Shown here one piece after another: positions 22,101 through 37,100 of a stretch of DNA of 64,000 bases. How positions within the stretch are numbered: position 1 is the first letter of the stretch; each line of letters opens with the position of its first letter. The notes beneath the pieces were generated by a model. That model did no database searches. It saw nothing but the letters and a program-made list of their open reading frames with translations, and was not told the origin of the DNA. The position numbers and the translations under genes are program-made. This DNA is from Laetmonice hystrix (lineage: Eukaryota), in the NCBI GenBank assembly GCA_965235115.1, contig OZ249436.1:2544001-2608000 (forward strand). Direction: 5' to 3'.

Positions 22101-25100
22101 AGATGCTCCTCGCCTGTACCTTTCATTTCCACTACCTCACTGTAGTGTTTGCATGGGTACTAGGCCAGCCGGTAAGATTTAATGATTTCTCACTCTACTG
22201 GTTGGCCTTCCCCACTGCTTGGCCCCACAGTGTACTGTTTGGCCTCACTGTAGGCCTACTCTTTGGCCTCACTGTAGTGTTCGATTGGGTGCTAGGCCAG
22301 ACAGTATACTTTGTAGCGATTCCTCCCTTACTGTTTGGTCTTCCTCTACCGTTTGCTTGTATACAAGGGTAGCCAGTAGTATAGGGACGCCTCATGTTTC
22401 ATGTTTCCATGCCTTTATTGTCCAGGAGGAAGGCCATCCGTTTCGTCTATCAATTACTCCCATCTAATCTATGTCCCCTCCCGACCATCTGTAGGCGTCC
22501 GACAACGTTGTCAGGTCGTCCCAATGACTGTTTGCCGTAAAGCTTTAGTTAACAATGGAAAATGACGTTGTACGCCTTTTCTATATCAGAAATCCCATCC
22601 CCAAGTAACAAACAAACAAAGGAAGGTTACCGAGATTTTGCCGGCAAGAAACACCAGGGTGCAGCACAACTGCACTGAAGCGGAGGGGGGGGGGGTCCCC
22701 GACTGCACTGCTACCTTGCGGCTAGCGGTGGAATCACCACGTACTGGCAGGCACCTGCGGCTCTGAGGCGAGAGACAGGTTAAGGCAATGATAAGCGAAA
22801 AATGGCTACATTTTTGATGCGTCAAATTGAAACTAAGCGTCCCAAAATTATGATTCTTAGGCCAGATGTACGACTGTCAAACGTATAGGTCTCGTACGTT
22901 CGCTACAGGTATACGGTTGTGATGTGTACACTTCGCATTTGAGTATCTTCTCCAGATGTTAACATTAGATGCTCCTCGCCTGTACCTTTCATTTCCACTA
23001 CCTCACTGTAGTGTTTGCACCTTTCATTAGGCCAGCCGGTAAGATTTAACGATTTTCCACTCTACTGGTTGGCCTTCCCCACTGCTTGGCCCCACAGCAT
23101 ACTGTTTGGCCTCACTGTAGGCCTACTCTTTGGCCTCACTGTAGTGTTCGCTTGGGTGCTAGGCCAGACGGTATACCTTGTAGCCATTCCTCCCTGTACT
23201 GTTTGGTCTTCCTCTACCGTTTGCTTGTATACAAGGGTAGCCAGTAGTATAGGGACGCCTCATGTTTCATGTTTCCATGCCTTTATTGTCCAGGACGAAG
23301 GCCATCCGTTTCGTCTATCATCTACTCCCATCTAATCTATGTCCCCCACAGACCATCTGTAAGCATCCGACAACGTTGTCAGGTCGTCCCAATGACTGTT
23401 TGCCGTAAAGCTTTAGTTAACAATGGAAAATGACGTTGTACGCCTTTTCTATATCAGATATCCCATCCCCAAGTAACAAACAAACAAAGGAAGGTTACCG
23501 AGATTTTGCAGGCAAGAAACACCAGGGTGCAGCACAACTGCACCGAAGCGGGGGGGGGGGGGGGGTCTCCGACTGCACTGCTACCTTCCGGCTAGCGGTG
23601 GAATCACCACGTACTGGCAGGCACCTATGGCTCTGAGGCGAGAGACAGGTTAAGGCAATGCGAAAAATGCGAATAAGCGAAAAATGGCTACATTTTTGAT
23701 GCGTCAAATTGAAACTAAGCCTCCCAAAATTATGATTCTTAGGCCAGATGTACGACTGTCAAACGTATAGGTCTCGTACGTTCGCTACAGATATATGGTT
23801 GTGATGTGTACACTTCCCATTTGAGCATTTTCTCCAGATTTTAACATTAGATGCTCCTCGCCTGTACCTTTCATTTCCACTACCTCACTGTAGTGTTTGC
23901 ACCTTTCATTAGGCCAGCCGGTAAGATTTAACGATTTTCCACTCTACTGGTTGGCCTTCCCCACTGCTTGGCCCCACAGCATACTGTTTGGCCTCACTGT
24001 AGGCCTACTCTTTGGCCTCACTGTAGTGTTCGCTTGGGTGCTAGGCCAGACAGTATACCTTGTAGCCATTCCTCCCTGTACTGTTTGGTCTTCCTCTACC
24101 GTTTGCTTGTATACAAGAGTAGCCAGTAGTATAGGGACGCCTCATGTTTCATGTTTCCATGCCTTTATTGTCCAGGACGAAGGCCATCCGTTTCGTCTAT
24201 CATCTACTCCCATCTAATCTATGTCCCCCACAGACCATCTGTAAGCATCCGACAACGTTGTCAGGTCGTCCCAATGACTGTTTGCCGTAAAGCTTTAGTT
24301 AACAATGGAAAATGACGTTGTACGCCTTTTCTATATCAGATATCCCATCCCCAAGTAACAAACAAACAAAGGAAGGTTACCGAGATTTTGCAGGCAAGAA
24401 ACACCAGGGTGCAGCACAACTGCACCGAAGCGGGGGGGGGGGTCTCCGACTGCACTGCTACCTTCCGGCTAGCGGTGGAATCACCACGTACTGGCAGGCA
24501 CCTATGGCTCTGAGGCGAGAGACAGGTTAAGGCAATGATAAGCGAAAAATGGCTACATTTTTGATGCGTCAAATTGAAACTAAGCCTCCCAAAATTATGA
24601 TTCTTAGGCCAGATGTACGACTGTCAAACGTATAGGTCTCGTACGTTCGCTACAGATATATGGTTGTGATGTGTACACTTCCCATTTGAGCATGTTCTCC
24701 AGATTTTAACATTAGATGCTCCTCGCCTGTACCTTTCATTTCCACTACCTCACTGTAGTGTTTGCACCTTTCATTAGGCCAGCCGGTAAGATTTAACGAT
24801 TTTCCACTCTACTGGTTGGCCTTCCCCACTGCTTGGCCCAACAGCATACTGTTTGGCCTCACTGTAGGCCTACTCTTTGGCCTCACTGTAGTGTTCGCTT
24901 GGGTGCTAGGCCAGACAGTATACCTTGTAGCCATTCCTCCCTGTACTGTTTGGTCTTCCTCTACCGTTTGCTTGTATACAAGAGTAGCCAGTAGTATAGG
25001 GACGCCTCATGTTTCATGTTTCCATGCCTTTATTGTCCAGGAGGAAGGCCATCCGTTTCGTCTATCAATTACTCCCATCTAATCTATGTCCCCTACAGAC

Positions 25101-28100
25101 CATCTGTAAGCGTCCGACAATGTTGTCAGGTCGTCCCAATGACTGTTTGCCGTAAGGCTTTAGTTAACAATGGAAAATGACGTTGTACGCCTTTTCTATA
25201 TCAGATATCCCATCCCCAAGTAACAAACAAACAAAGGAAGGTTACCGAGATTTTGCAGGCAAGAAACACCAGGGTGCAGCACAACTGCACTGAAGCGGGG
25301 GGGGGGCACTCCGACTGCACTGCTACCTTCCGGCTAGCGGTGGAATCACCACGTACTGGCAGGCACCTGTGGCTCTGAGGCGAGAGACAGGTTAGGGCAA
25401 TGATAAGCGAAAAATGGCTACATTTTTGATGCGTCAAATTGAAACTAAGCGTCCCAAAATTATGATTCTTAAGCCAGATGTACGACTGTCAAACATATAG
25501 GTCTCGTACGTTCGCTACAGCTATATGGTTCTGATGTGTACACTTCCCATTTGAGCATGTTCTCCAGATTTTAACATTAAATGCTCCTCGCCTGTACCTT
25601 TCATTTCCACTACCTCACTGTAGTGTTTGCACCTTTCATTAGGCCAGTCGGTAAGATTTAAGGATTTCTCACTCTACTGGTTGGCCTTCCCCACTGCTTG
25701 GCCCCACAGTGTACTGTTTGGCCTCACTGTAGGCCTACTCTTAGGCCTTACTGTAGTGTTTGCCGTAAAGCTTTAGTTAACAATGGAAAATGACGTTGTA
25801 CGCCTTTTCTATATCAGATATCCCATCCCCATGTAACAAACAAACAAAGGAAGGTTACCGAGATTTTGCAGGCAAGAAACACCAGGGTGCAGCACAACTG
25901 CACTGAAGGGGGGGGGGGGGGTCTCCGACTGCACTGCTACCTTCCGGCTAGCGGTGGAATCACCACGTACTGGCAGGCACCTGTGGCTCTGAGGCGAGAG
26001 ACAGGTTAAGGCAATGATAAGCGAAAAATGGCTACATTTTTTATGCGTCAAATTGAAACTAAGCCCCCCAAAATTATTATTCTTAGGCCAGATGTACGAC
26101 TGTCAAACGTATAGGTCTCGTACGTTCGCTACAGATATATGGTTGTGATGTGTACACTTCGCATTTGAGTACCTTCTCCAGATGTTAACATTAGATGCTC
26201 CTCGCCTGTACCTTTCATTTCCACTACCTCACTGTAGTGTTTGCATGGGTATTAGGCCAGCCGGTAAGATTTAATGATTTCTCACTCTACTGGTTGGCCT
26301 TCCCCACTGCTTGGCCCCACAGCATACTGTTTGGCCTCACTGTAGGCCTACTCTTTGGCCTCACTGTAGTGTTCGCTTGGGTGCTAGGCCAGACAGTATA
26401 CTTTGTAGCGATTCCTCCCTTACTGTTTGGTCTTCCTCTACCGTTTGCTTGTATACAAGAGTAGCCAGTAGTATAGGGACGCCTCATGTTTCATGTTTCC
26501 ATGCCTTTATTGTCCAGGAGGAAGGCCATCCGTTTCGTCTATCAATTACTCCCATCTAATCTATGTCCCCTCCAGACCATCTGTAGGCGTCCGACAACGT
26601 TGTCAGGTCGTCCCAATGACTGTTTGCCGTAAAGCTTTAGTTAACAATGGAAAATGACGTTGTACGCCTTTTCTATATCAGAAATCCCATCCCCAAGTAA
26701 CAAACAAACAAAGGAAGGTTACCGAGATTTTGCCGGCAAGAAACACCAGGGTGCAGCACAACTGCACTGAAGCGGAGGGGGGGGGGGGTCCCCGACTGCA
26801 CTGCTACCTTGCGGCTAGCGGTGGAATCACCACGTACTGGCAGGCACCTGCGGCTCTGAGGCGAGAGACAGGTTAAGGCAATGATAAGCGAAAAATGGCT
26901 ACATTTTTGATGCGTCAAATTGAAACTAAGCGTCCCAAAATTATGATTCTTAGGCCAGATGTACGACTGTCAAACGTATAGGTCTCGTACGTTCGCTACA
27001 GGTATACGGTTGTGATGTGTACACTTCGCATTTGAGTATCTTCTCCAGATGTTAACATTAGATGCTCCTCGCCTGTACCTTTCATTTCCACTACCTCACT
27101 GTAGTGTTTGCACCTTTCATTAGGCCAGCCGGTAAGATTTAACGATTTTCCACTCTACTGGTTGGCCTTCCCCACTGCTTGGCCCCACAGCATACTGTTT
27201 GGCCTCACTGTAGGCCTACTCTTTGGCCTCACTGTAGTGTTCGCTTGGGTGCTAGGCCAGACGGTATACCTTGTAGCCATTCCTCCCTGTACTGTTTGGT
27301 CTTCCTCTACCGTTTGCTTGTATACAAGGGTAGCCAGTAGTATAGGGACGCCTCATGTTTCATGTTTCCATGCCTTTATTGTCCAGGACGAAGGCCATCC
27401 GTTTCGTCTATCATCTACTCCCATCTAATCTATGTCCCCCACAGACCATCTGTAAGCATCCGACAACGTTGTCAGGTCGTCCCAATGACTGTTTGCCGTA
27501 AAGCTTTAGTTAACAATGGAAAATGACGTTGTACGCCTTTTCTATATCAGATATCCCATCCCCAAGTAACAAACAAACAAAGGAAGGTTACCGAGATTTT
27601 GCAGGCAAGAAACACCAGGGTGCAGCACAACTGCACCGAAGCGGGGGGGGGGTCTCCGACTGCACTGCTACCTTCCGGCTAGCGGTGGAATCACCACGTA
27701 CTGGCAGGCACCTATGGCTCTGAGGCGAGAGACAGGTTAAGGCAATGATAAGCGAAAAATGGCTACATTTTTGATGCGTCAAATTGAAACTAAGCCTCCC
27801 AAAATTATGATTCTTAGGCCAGATGTACGACTGTCAAACGTATAGGTCTCGTACGTTCGCTACAGATATATGGTTGTGATGTGTACACTTCCCATTTGAG
27901 CATGTTCTCCAGATTTTAACATTAGATGCTCCTCGCCTGTACCTTTCATTTCCACTACCTCACTGTAGTGTTTGCACCTTTCATTAGGCCAGCCGGTAAG
28001 ATTTAACGATTTTCCACTCTACTGGTTGGCCTTCCCCACTGCTTGGCCCAACAGCATACTGTTTGGCCTCACTGTAGGCCTACTCTTTGGCCTCACTGTA

Positions 28101-31100
28101 GTGTTCGCTTGGGTGCTAGGCCAGACAGTATACCTTGTAGCCATTCCTCCCTGTACTGTTTGGTCTTCCTCTACCGTTTGCTTGTATACAAGAGTAGCCA
28201 GTAGTATAGGGACGCCTCATGTTTCATGTTTCCATGCCTTTATTGTCCAGGAGGAAGGCCATCCGTTTCGTCTATCAATTACTCCCATCTAATCTATGTC
28301 CCCTACAGACCATCTGTAAGCGTCCGACAATGTTGTCAGGTCGTCCCAATGACTGTTTGCCGTAAGGCTTTAGTTAACAATGGAAAATGACGTTGTACGC
28401 CTTTTCTATATCAGATATCCCATCCCCAAGTAACAAACAAACAAAGGAAGGTTACCGAGATTTTGCAGGCAAGAAACACCAGGGTGCAGCACAACTGCAC
28501 TGAAGCGGGGGGGGGGGGGCACTCCGACTGCACTGCTACCTTCCGGCTAGCGGTGGAATCACCACGTACTGGCAGGCACCTGTGGCTCTGAGGCGAGAGA
28601 CAGGTTAGGGCAATGATAAGCGAAAAATGGCTACATTTTTGATGCGTCAAATTGAAACTAAGCGTCCCAAAATTATGATTCTTAAGCCAGATGTACGACT
28701 GTCAAACATATAGGTCTCGTACGTTCGCTACAGCTATATGGTTCTGATGTGTACACTTCCCATTTGAGCATGTTCTCCAGATTTTAACATTAAATGCTCC
28801 TCGCCTGTACCTTTCATTTCCACTACCTCACTGTAGTGTTTGCACCTTTCATTAGGCCAGTCGGTAAGATTTAAGGATTTCTCACTCTACTGGTTGGCCT
28901 TCCCCACTGCTTGGCCCCACAGTGTACTGTTTGGCCTCACTGTAGGCCTACTCTTAGGCCTTACTGTAGTGTTTGCCGTAAAGCTTTAGTTAACAATGGA
29001 AAATGACGTTGTACGCCTTTTCTATATCAGATATCCCATCCCCATGTAACAAACAAACAAAGGAAGGTTACCGAGATTTTGCAGGCAAGAAACACCAGGG
29101 TGCAGCACAACTGCACTGAAGGGGGGGGGGGTCTCCGACTGCACTGCTACCTTCCGGCTAGCGGTGGAATCACCACGTACTGGCAGGCACCTGTGGCTCT
29201 GAGGCGAGAGACAGGTTAAGGCAATGATAAGCGAAAAATGGCTACATTTTTTATGCGTCAAATTGAAACTAAGCCCCCCAAAATTATTATTCTTAGGCCA
29301 GATGTACGACTGTCAAACGTATAGGTCTCGTACGTTCGCTACAGATATATGGTTGTGATGTGTACACTTCGCATTTGAGTACCTTCTCCAGATGTTAACA
29401 TTAGATGCTCCTCGCCTGTACCTTTCATTTCCACTACCTCACTGTAGTGTTTGCATGGGTACTAGGCCAGCCGGTAAGATTTAATGATTTCTCACTCTAC
29501 TGGTTGGCCTTCCCCACTGCTTGGCCCCACAGCATACTGTTTGGCCTCACTGTAGGCCTACTCTTTGGCCTCACTGTAGTGTTCGCTTGGGTGCTAGGCC
29601 AGACAGTATACTTTGTAGCGATTCCTCCCTTACTGTTTGGTCTTCCTCTACCGTTTGCTTGTATACAAGAGTAGCCAGTAGTATAGGGACGCCTCATGTT
29701 TCATGTTTCCATGCCTTTATTGTCCAGGAGGAAGGCCATCCGTTTCGTCTATCAATTACTCCCATCTAATCTATGTCCCCTCCAGACCATCTGTAGGCGT
29801 CCGACAACGTTGTCAGGTCGTCCCAATGACTGTTTGCCGTAAAGCTTTAGTTAACAATGGAAAATGACGTTGTACGCCTTTTCTATATCAGAAATCCCAT
29901 CCCCAAGTAACAAACAAACAAAGGAAGGTTACCGAGATTTTGCCGGCAAGAAACACCAGGGTGCAGCACAACTGCACTGAAGCGGAGGGGGGGGGGTCCC
30001 CGACTGCACTGCTACCTTGCGGCTAGCGGTGGAATCACCACGTACTGGCAGGCACCTGCGGCTCTGAGGCGAGAGACAGGTTAAGGCAATGATAAGCGAA
30101 AAATGGCTACATTTTTGATGCGTCAAATTGAAACTAAGCGTCCCAAAATTATGATTCTTAGGCCAGATGTACGACTGTCAAACGTATAGGTCTCGTACGT
30201 TCGCTACAGGTATACGGTTTTGATGTGTACACTTCGCATTTGAGTATCTTCTCCAGATGTTAACATTAGATGCTCCTCGCCTGTACCTTTCATTTCCACT
30301 ACCTCACTGTAGTGTTTGCACCTTTCATTAGGCCAGCCGGTAAGATTTAACGATTTTCCACTCTACTGGTTGGCCTTCCCCACTGCTTGGCCCAACAGCA
30401 TACTGTTTGGCCTCACTGTAGGCCTACTCTTTGGCCTCACTGTAGTGTTCGCTTGGGTGCTAGGCCAGACAGTATACCTTGTAGCCATTCCTCCCTGTAC
30501 TGTTTGGTCTTCCTCTACCGTTTGCTTGTATACAAGAGTAGCCAGTAGTATAGGGACGCCTCATGTTTCATGTTTCCATGCCTTTATTGTCCAGGAGGAA
30601 GGCCATCCGTTTCGTCTATCAATTACTCCCATCTAATCTATGTCCCCTACAGACCATCTGTAAGCGTCCGACAATGTTGTCAGGTCGTCCCAATGACTGT
30701 TTGCCGTAAGGCTTTAGTTAACAATGGAAAATGACGTTGTACGCCTTTTCTATATCAGATATCCCATCCCCAAGTAACAAACAAACAAAGGAAGGTTACC
30801 GAGATTTTGCAGGCAAGAAACACCAGGGTGCAGCACAACTGCACTGAAGCGGGGGGGGGGCACTCCGACTGCACTGCTACCTTCCGGCTAGCGGTGGAAT
30901 CACCACGTACTGGCAGGCACCTGTGGCTCTGAGGCGAGAGACAGGTTAGGGCAATGATAAGCGAAAAATGGCTACATTTTTGATGCGTCAAATTGAAACT
31001 AAGCGTCCCAAAATTATGATTCTTAAGCCAGATGTACGACTGTCAAACATATAGGTCTCGTACGTTCGCTACAGCTATATGGTTCTGATGTGTACACTTC

Positions 31101-34100
31101 CCATTTGAGCATGTTCTCCAGATTTTAACATTAAATGCTCCTCGCCTGTACCTTTCATTTCCACTACCTCACTGTAGTGTTTGCACCTTTCATTAGGCCA
31201 GTCGGTAAGATTTAAGGATTTCTCACTCTACTGGTTGGCCTTCCCCACTGCTTGGCCCCACAGTGTACTGTTTGGCCTCACTGTAGGCCTACTCTTAGGC
31301 CTTACTGTAGTGTTTGCCGTAAAGCTTTAGTTAACAATGGAAAATGACGTTGTACGCCTTTTCTATATCAGATATCCCATCCCCATGTAACAAACAAACA
31401 AAGGAAGGTTACCGAGATTTTGCAGGCAAGAAACACCAGGGTGCAGCACAACTGCACTGAAGGGGGGGGGGGGTCTCCGACTGCACTGCTACCTTCCGGC
31501 TAGCGGTGGAATCACCACGTACTGGCAGGCACCTGTGGCTCTGAGGCGAGAGACAGGTTAAGGCAATGATAAGCGAAAAATGGCTACATTTTTTATGCGT
31601 CAAATTGAAACTAAGCCCCCCAAAATTATTATTCTTAGGCCAGATGTACGACTGTCAAACGTATAGGTCTCGTACGTTCGCTACAGATATATGGTTGTGA
31701 TGTGTACACTTCGCATTTGAGTACCTTCTCCAGATGTTAACATTAGATGCTCCTCGCCTGTACCTTTCATTTCCACTACCTCACTGTAGTGTTTGCATGG
31801 GTACTAGGCCAGCCGGTAAGATTTAATGATTTCTCACTCTACTGGTTGGCCTTCCCCACTGCTTGGCCCCACAGCATACTGTTTGGCCTCACTGTAGGCC
31901 TACTCTTTGGCCTCACTGTAGTGTTCGCTTGGGTGCTAGGCCAGACAGTATACTTTGTAGCGATTCCTCCCTTACTGTTTGGTCTTCCTCTACCGTTTGC
32001 TTGTATACAAGAGTAGCCAGTAGTATAGGGACGCCTCATGTTTCATGTTTCCATGCCTTTATTGTCCAGGAGGAAGGCCATCCGTTTCGTCTATCAATTA
32101 CTCCCATCTAATCTATGTCCCCTCCAGACCATCTGTAGGCGTCCGACAACGTTGTCAGGTCGTCCCAATGACTGTTTGCCGTAAAGCTTTAGTTAACAAT
32201 GGAAAATGACGTTGTACGCCTTTTCTATATCAGAAATCCCATCCCCAAGTAACAAACAAACAAAGGAAGGTTACCGAGATTTTGCCGGCAAGAAACACCA
32301 GGGTGCAGCACAACTGCACTGAAGCGGAGGGGGGGGGGGGTCCCCGACTGCACTGCTACCTTGCGGCTAGCGGTGGAATCACCACGTACTGGCAGGCACC
32401 TGCGGCTCTGAGGCGAGAGACAGGTTAAGGCAATGATAAGCGAAAAATGGCTACATTTTTGATGCGTCAAATTGAAACTAAGCGTCCCAAAATTATGATT
32501 CTTAGGCCAGATGTACGACTGTCAAACGTATAGGTCTCGTACGTTCGCTACAGGTATACGGTTGTGATGTGTACACTTCGCATTTGAGTATCTTCTCCAG
32601 ATGTTAACATTAGATGCTCCTCGCCTGTACCTTTCATTTCCACTACCTCACTGTAGTGTTTGCACCTTTCATTAGGCCAGCCGGTAAGATTTAACGATTT
32701 TCCACTCTACTGGTTGGCCTTCCCCACTGCTTGGCCCCACAGCATACTGTTTGGCCTCACTGTAGGCCTACTCTTTGGCCTCACTGTAGTGTTCGCTTGG
32801 GTGCTAGGCCAGACGGTATACCTTGTAGCCATTCCTCCCTGTACTGTTTGGTCTTCCTCTACCGTTTGCTTGTATACAAGGGTAGCCAGTAGTATAGGGA
32901 CGCCTCATGTTTCATGTTTCCATGCCTTTATTGTCCAGGACGAAGGCCATCCGTTTCGTCTATCATCTACTCCCATCTAATCTATGTCCCCCACAGACCA
33001 TCTGTAAGCATCCGACAACGTTGTCAGGTCGTCCCAATGACTGTTTGCCGTAAAGCTTTAGTTAACAATGGAAAATGACGTTGTACGCCTTTTCTATATC
33101 AGATATCCCATCCCCAAGTAACAAACAAACAAAGGAAGGTTACCGAGATTTTGCAGGCAAGAAACACCAGGGTGCAGCACAACTGCACCGAAGCGGGGGG
33201 GGGGGGGTCTCCGACTGCACTGCTACCTTCCGGCTAGCGGTGGAATCACCACGTACTGGCAGGCACCTATGGCTCTGAGGCGAGAGACAGGTTAAGGCAA
33301 TGCGAAAAATGCGAATAAGCGAAAAATGGCTACATTTTTGATGCGTCAAATTGAAACTAAGCCTCCCAAAATTATGATTCTTAGGCCAGATGTACGACTG
33401 TCAAACGTATAGGTCTCGTACGTTCGCTACAGATATATGGTTGTGATGTGTACACTTCCCATTTGAGCATGTTCTCCAGATTTTAACATTAGATGCTCCT
33501 CGCCTGTACCTTTCATTTCCACTACCTCACTGTAGTGTTTGCACCTTTCATTAGGCCAGCCGGTAAGATTTAACGATTTTCCACTCTACTGGTTGGCCTT
33601 CCCCACTGCTTGGCCCCACAGCATACTGTTTGGCCTCACTGTAGGCCTACTCTTTGGCCTCACTGTAGTGTTCGCTTGGGTGCTAGGCCAGACAGTATAC
33701 CTTGTAGCCATTCCTCCCTGTACTGTTTGGTCTTCCTCTACCGTTTGCTTGTATACAAGAGTAGCCAGTAGTATAGGGACGCCTCATGTTTCATGTTTCC
33801 ATGCCTTTATTGTCCAGGAGGAAGGCCATCCGTTTCGTCTATCAATTACTCCCATCTAATCTATGTCCCCTACAGACCATCTGTAAGCGTCCGACAATGT
33901 TGTCAGGTCGTCCCAATGACTGTTTGCCGTAAGGCTTTAGTTAACAATGGAAAATGACGTTGTACGCCTTTTCTATATCAGATATCCCATCCCCAAGTAA
34001 CAAACAAACAAAGGAAGGTTACCGAGATTTTGCAGGCAAGAAACACCAGGGTGCAGCACAACTGCACTGAAGCGGGGGGGGGGCACTCCGACTGCACTGC

Positions 34101-37100
34101 TACCTTCCGGCTAGCGGTGGAATCACCACGTACTGGCAGGCACCTGTGGCTCTGAGGCGAGAGACAGGTTAGGGCAATGATAAGCGAAAAATGGCTACAT
34201 TTTTGATGCGTCAAATTGAAACTAAGCGTCCCAAAATTATGATTCTTAAGCCAGATGTACGACTGTCAAACATATAGGTCTCGTACGTTCGCTACAGCTA
34301 TATGGTTCTGATGTGTACACTTCCCATTTGAGCATGTTCTCCAGATTTTAACATTAAATGCTCCTCGCCTGTACCTTTCATTTCCACTACCTCACTGTAG
34401 TGTTTGCACCTTTCATTAGGCCAGTCGGTAAGATTTAAGGATTTCTCACTCTACTGGTTGGCCTTCCCCACTGCTTGGCCCCACAGTGTACTGTTTGGCC
34501 TCACTGTAGGCCTACTCTTAGGCCTTACTGTAGTGTTTGCCGTAAAGCTTTAGTTAACAATGGAAAATGACGTTGTACGCCTTTTCTATATCAGATATCC
34601 CATCCCCATGTAACAAACAAACAAAGGAAGGTTACCGAGATTTTGCAGGCAAGAAACACCAGGGTGCAGCACAACTGCACTGAAGGGGGGGGGGGTCTCC
34701 GACTGCACTGCTACCTTCCGGCTAGCGGTGGAATCACCACGTACTGGCAGGCACCTGTGGCTCTGAGGCGAGAGACAGGTTAAGGCAATGATAAGCGAAA
34801 AATGGCTACATTTTTTATGCGTCAAATTGAAACTAAGCCCCCCAAAATTATTATTCTTAGGCCAGATGTACGACTGTCAAACGTATAGGTCTCGTACGTT
34901 CGCTACAGATATATGGTTGTGATGTGTACACTTCGCATTTGAGTACCTTCTCCAGATGTTAACATTAGATGCTCCTCGCCTGTACCTTTCATTTCCACTA
35001 CCTCACTGTAGTGTTTGCATGGGTACTAGGCCAGCCGGTAAGATTTAATGATTTCTCACTCTACTGGTTGGCCTTCCCCACTGCTTGGCCCCACAGCATA
35101 CTGTTTGGCCTCACTGTAGGCCTACTCTTTGGCCTCACTGTAGTGTTCGCTTGGGTGCTAGGCCAGACAGTATACTTTGTAGCGATTCCTCCCTTACTGT
35201 TTGGTCTTCCTCTACCGTTTGCTTGTATACAAGAGTAGCCAGTAGTATAGGGACGCCTCATGTTTCATGTTTCCATGCCTTTATTGTCCAGGAGGAAGGC
35301 CATCCGTTTCGTCTATCAATTACTCCCATCTAATCTATGTCCCCTCCAGACCATCTGTAGGCGTCCGACAACGTTGTCAGGTCGTCCCAATGACTGTTTG
35401 CCGTAAAGCTTTAGTTAACAATGGAAAATGACGTTGTACGCCTTTTCTATATCAGAAATCCCATCCCCAAGTAACAAACAAACAAAGGAAGGTTACCGAG
35501 ATTTTGCCGGCAAGAAACACCAGGGTGCAGCACAACTGCACTGAAGCGGAGGGGGGGGGGTCCCCGACTGCACTGCTACCTTGCGGCTAGCGGTGGAATC
35601 ACCACGTACTGGCAGGCACCTGCGGCTCTGAGGCGAGAGACAGGTTAAGGCAATGATAAGCGAAAAATGGCTACATTTTTGATGCGTCAAATTGAAACTA
35701 AGCGTCCCAAAATTATGATTCTTAGGCCAGATGTACGACTGTCAAACGTATAGGTCTCGTACGTTCGCTACAGGTATACGGTTGTGATGTGTACACTTCG
35801 CATTTGAGTATCTTCTCCAGATGTTAACATTAGATGCTCCTCGCCTGTACCTTTCATTTCCACTACCTCACTGTAGTGTTTGCACCTTTCATTAGGCCAG
35901 CCGGTAAGATTTAACGATTTTCCACTCTACTGGTTGGCCTTCCCCACTGCTTGGCCCCACAGCATACTGTTTGGCCTCACTGTAGGCCTACTCTTTGGCC
36001 TCACTGTAGTGTTCGCTTGGGTGCTAGGCCAGACGGTATACCTTGTAGCCATTCCTCCCTGTACTGTTTGGTCTTCCTCTACCGTTTGCTTGTATACAAG
36101 GGTAGCCAGTAGTATAGGGACGCCTCATGTTTCATGTTTCCATGCCTTTATTGTCCAGGACGAAGGCCATCCGTTTCGTCTATCATCTACTCCCATCTAA
36201 TCTATGTCCCCCACAGACCATCTGTAAGCATCCGACAACGTTGTCAGGTCGTCCCAATGACTGTTTGCCGTAAAGCTTTAGTTAACAATGGAAAATGACG
36301 TTGTACGCCTTTTCTATATCAGATATCCCATCCCCAAGTAACAAACAAACAAAGGAAGGTTACCGAGATTTTGCAGGCAAGAAACACCAGGGTGCAGCAC
36401 AACTGCACCGAAGCGGGGGGGGGGGTCTCCGACTGCACTGCTACCTTCCGGCTAGCGGTGGAATCACCACGTACTGGCAGGCACCTATGGCTCTGAGGCG
36501 AGAGACAGGTTAAGGCAATGATAAGCGAAAAATGGCTACATTTTTGATGCGTCAAATTGAAACTAAGCCTCCCAAAATTATGATTCTTAGGCCAGATGTA
36601 CGACTGTCAAACGTATAGGTCTCGTACGTTCGCTACAGATATATGGTTGTGATGTGTACACTTCCCATTTGAGCATGTTCTCCAGATTTTAACATTAGAT
36701 GCTCCTCGCCTGTACCTTTCATTTCCACTACCTCACTGTAGTGTTTGCACCTTTCATTAGGCCAGCCGGTAAGATTTAACGATTTTCCACTCTACTGGTT
36801 GGCCTTCCCCACTGCTTGGCCCAACAGCATACTGTTTGGCCTCACTGTAGGCCTACTCTTTGGCCTCACTGTAGTGTTCGCTTGGGTGCTAGGCCAGACA
36901 GTATACCTTGTAGCCATTCCTCCCTGTACTGTTTGGTCTTCCTCTACCGTTTGCTTGTATACAAGAGTAGCCAGTAGTATAGGGACGCCTCATGTTTCAT
37001 GTTTCCATGCCTTTATTGTCCAGGAGGAAGGCCATCCGTTTCGTCTATCAATTACTCCCATCTAATCTATGTCCCCTACAGACCATCTGTAAGCGTCCGA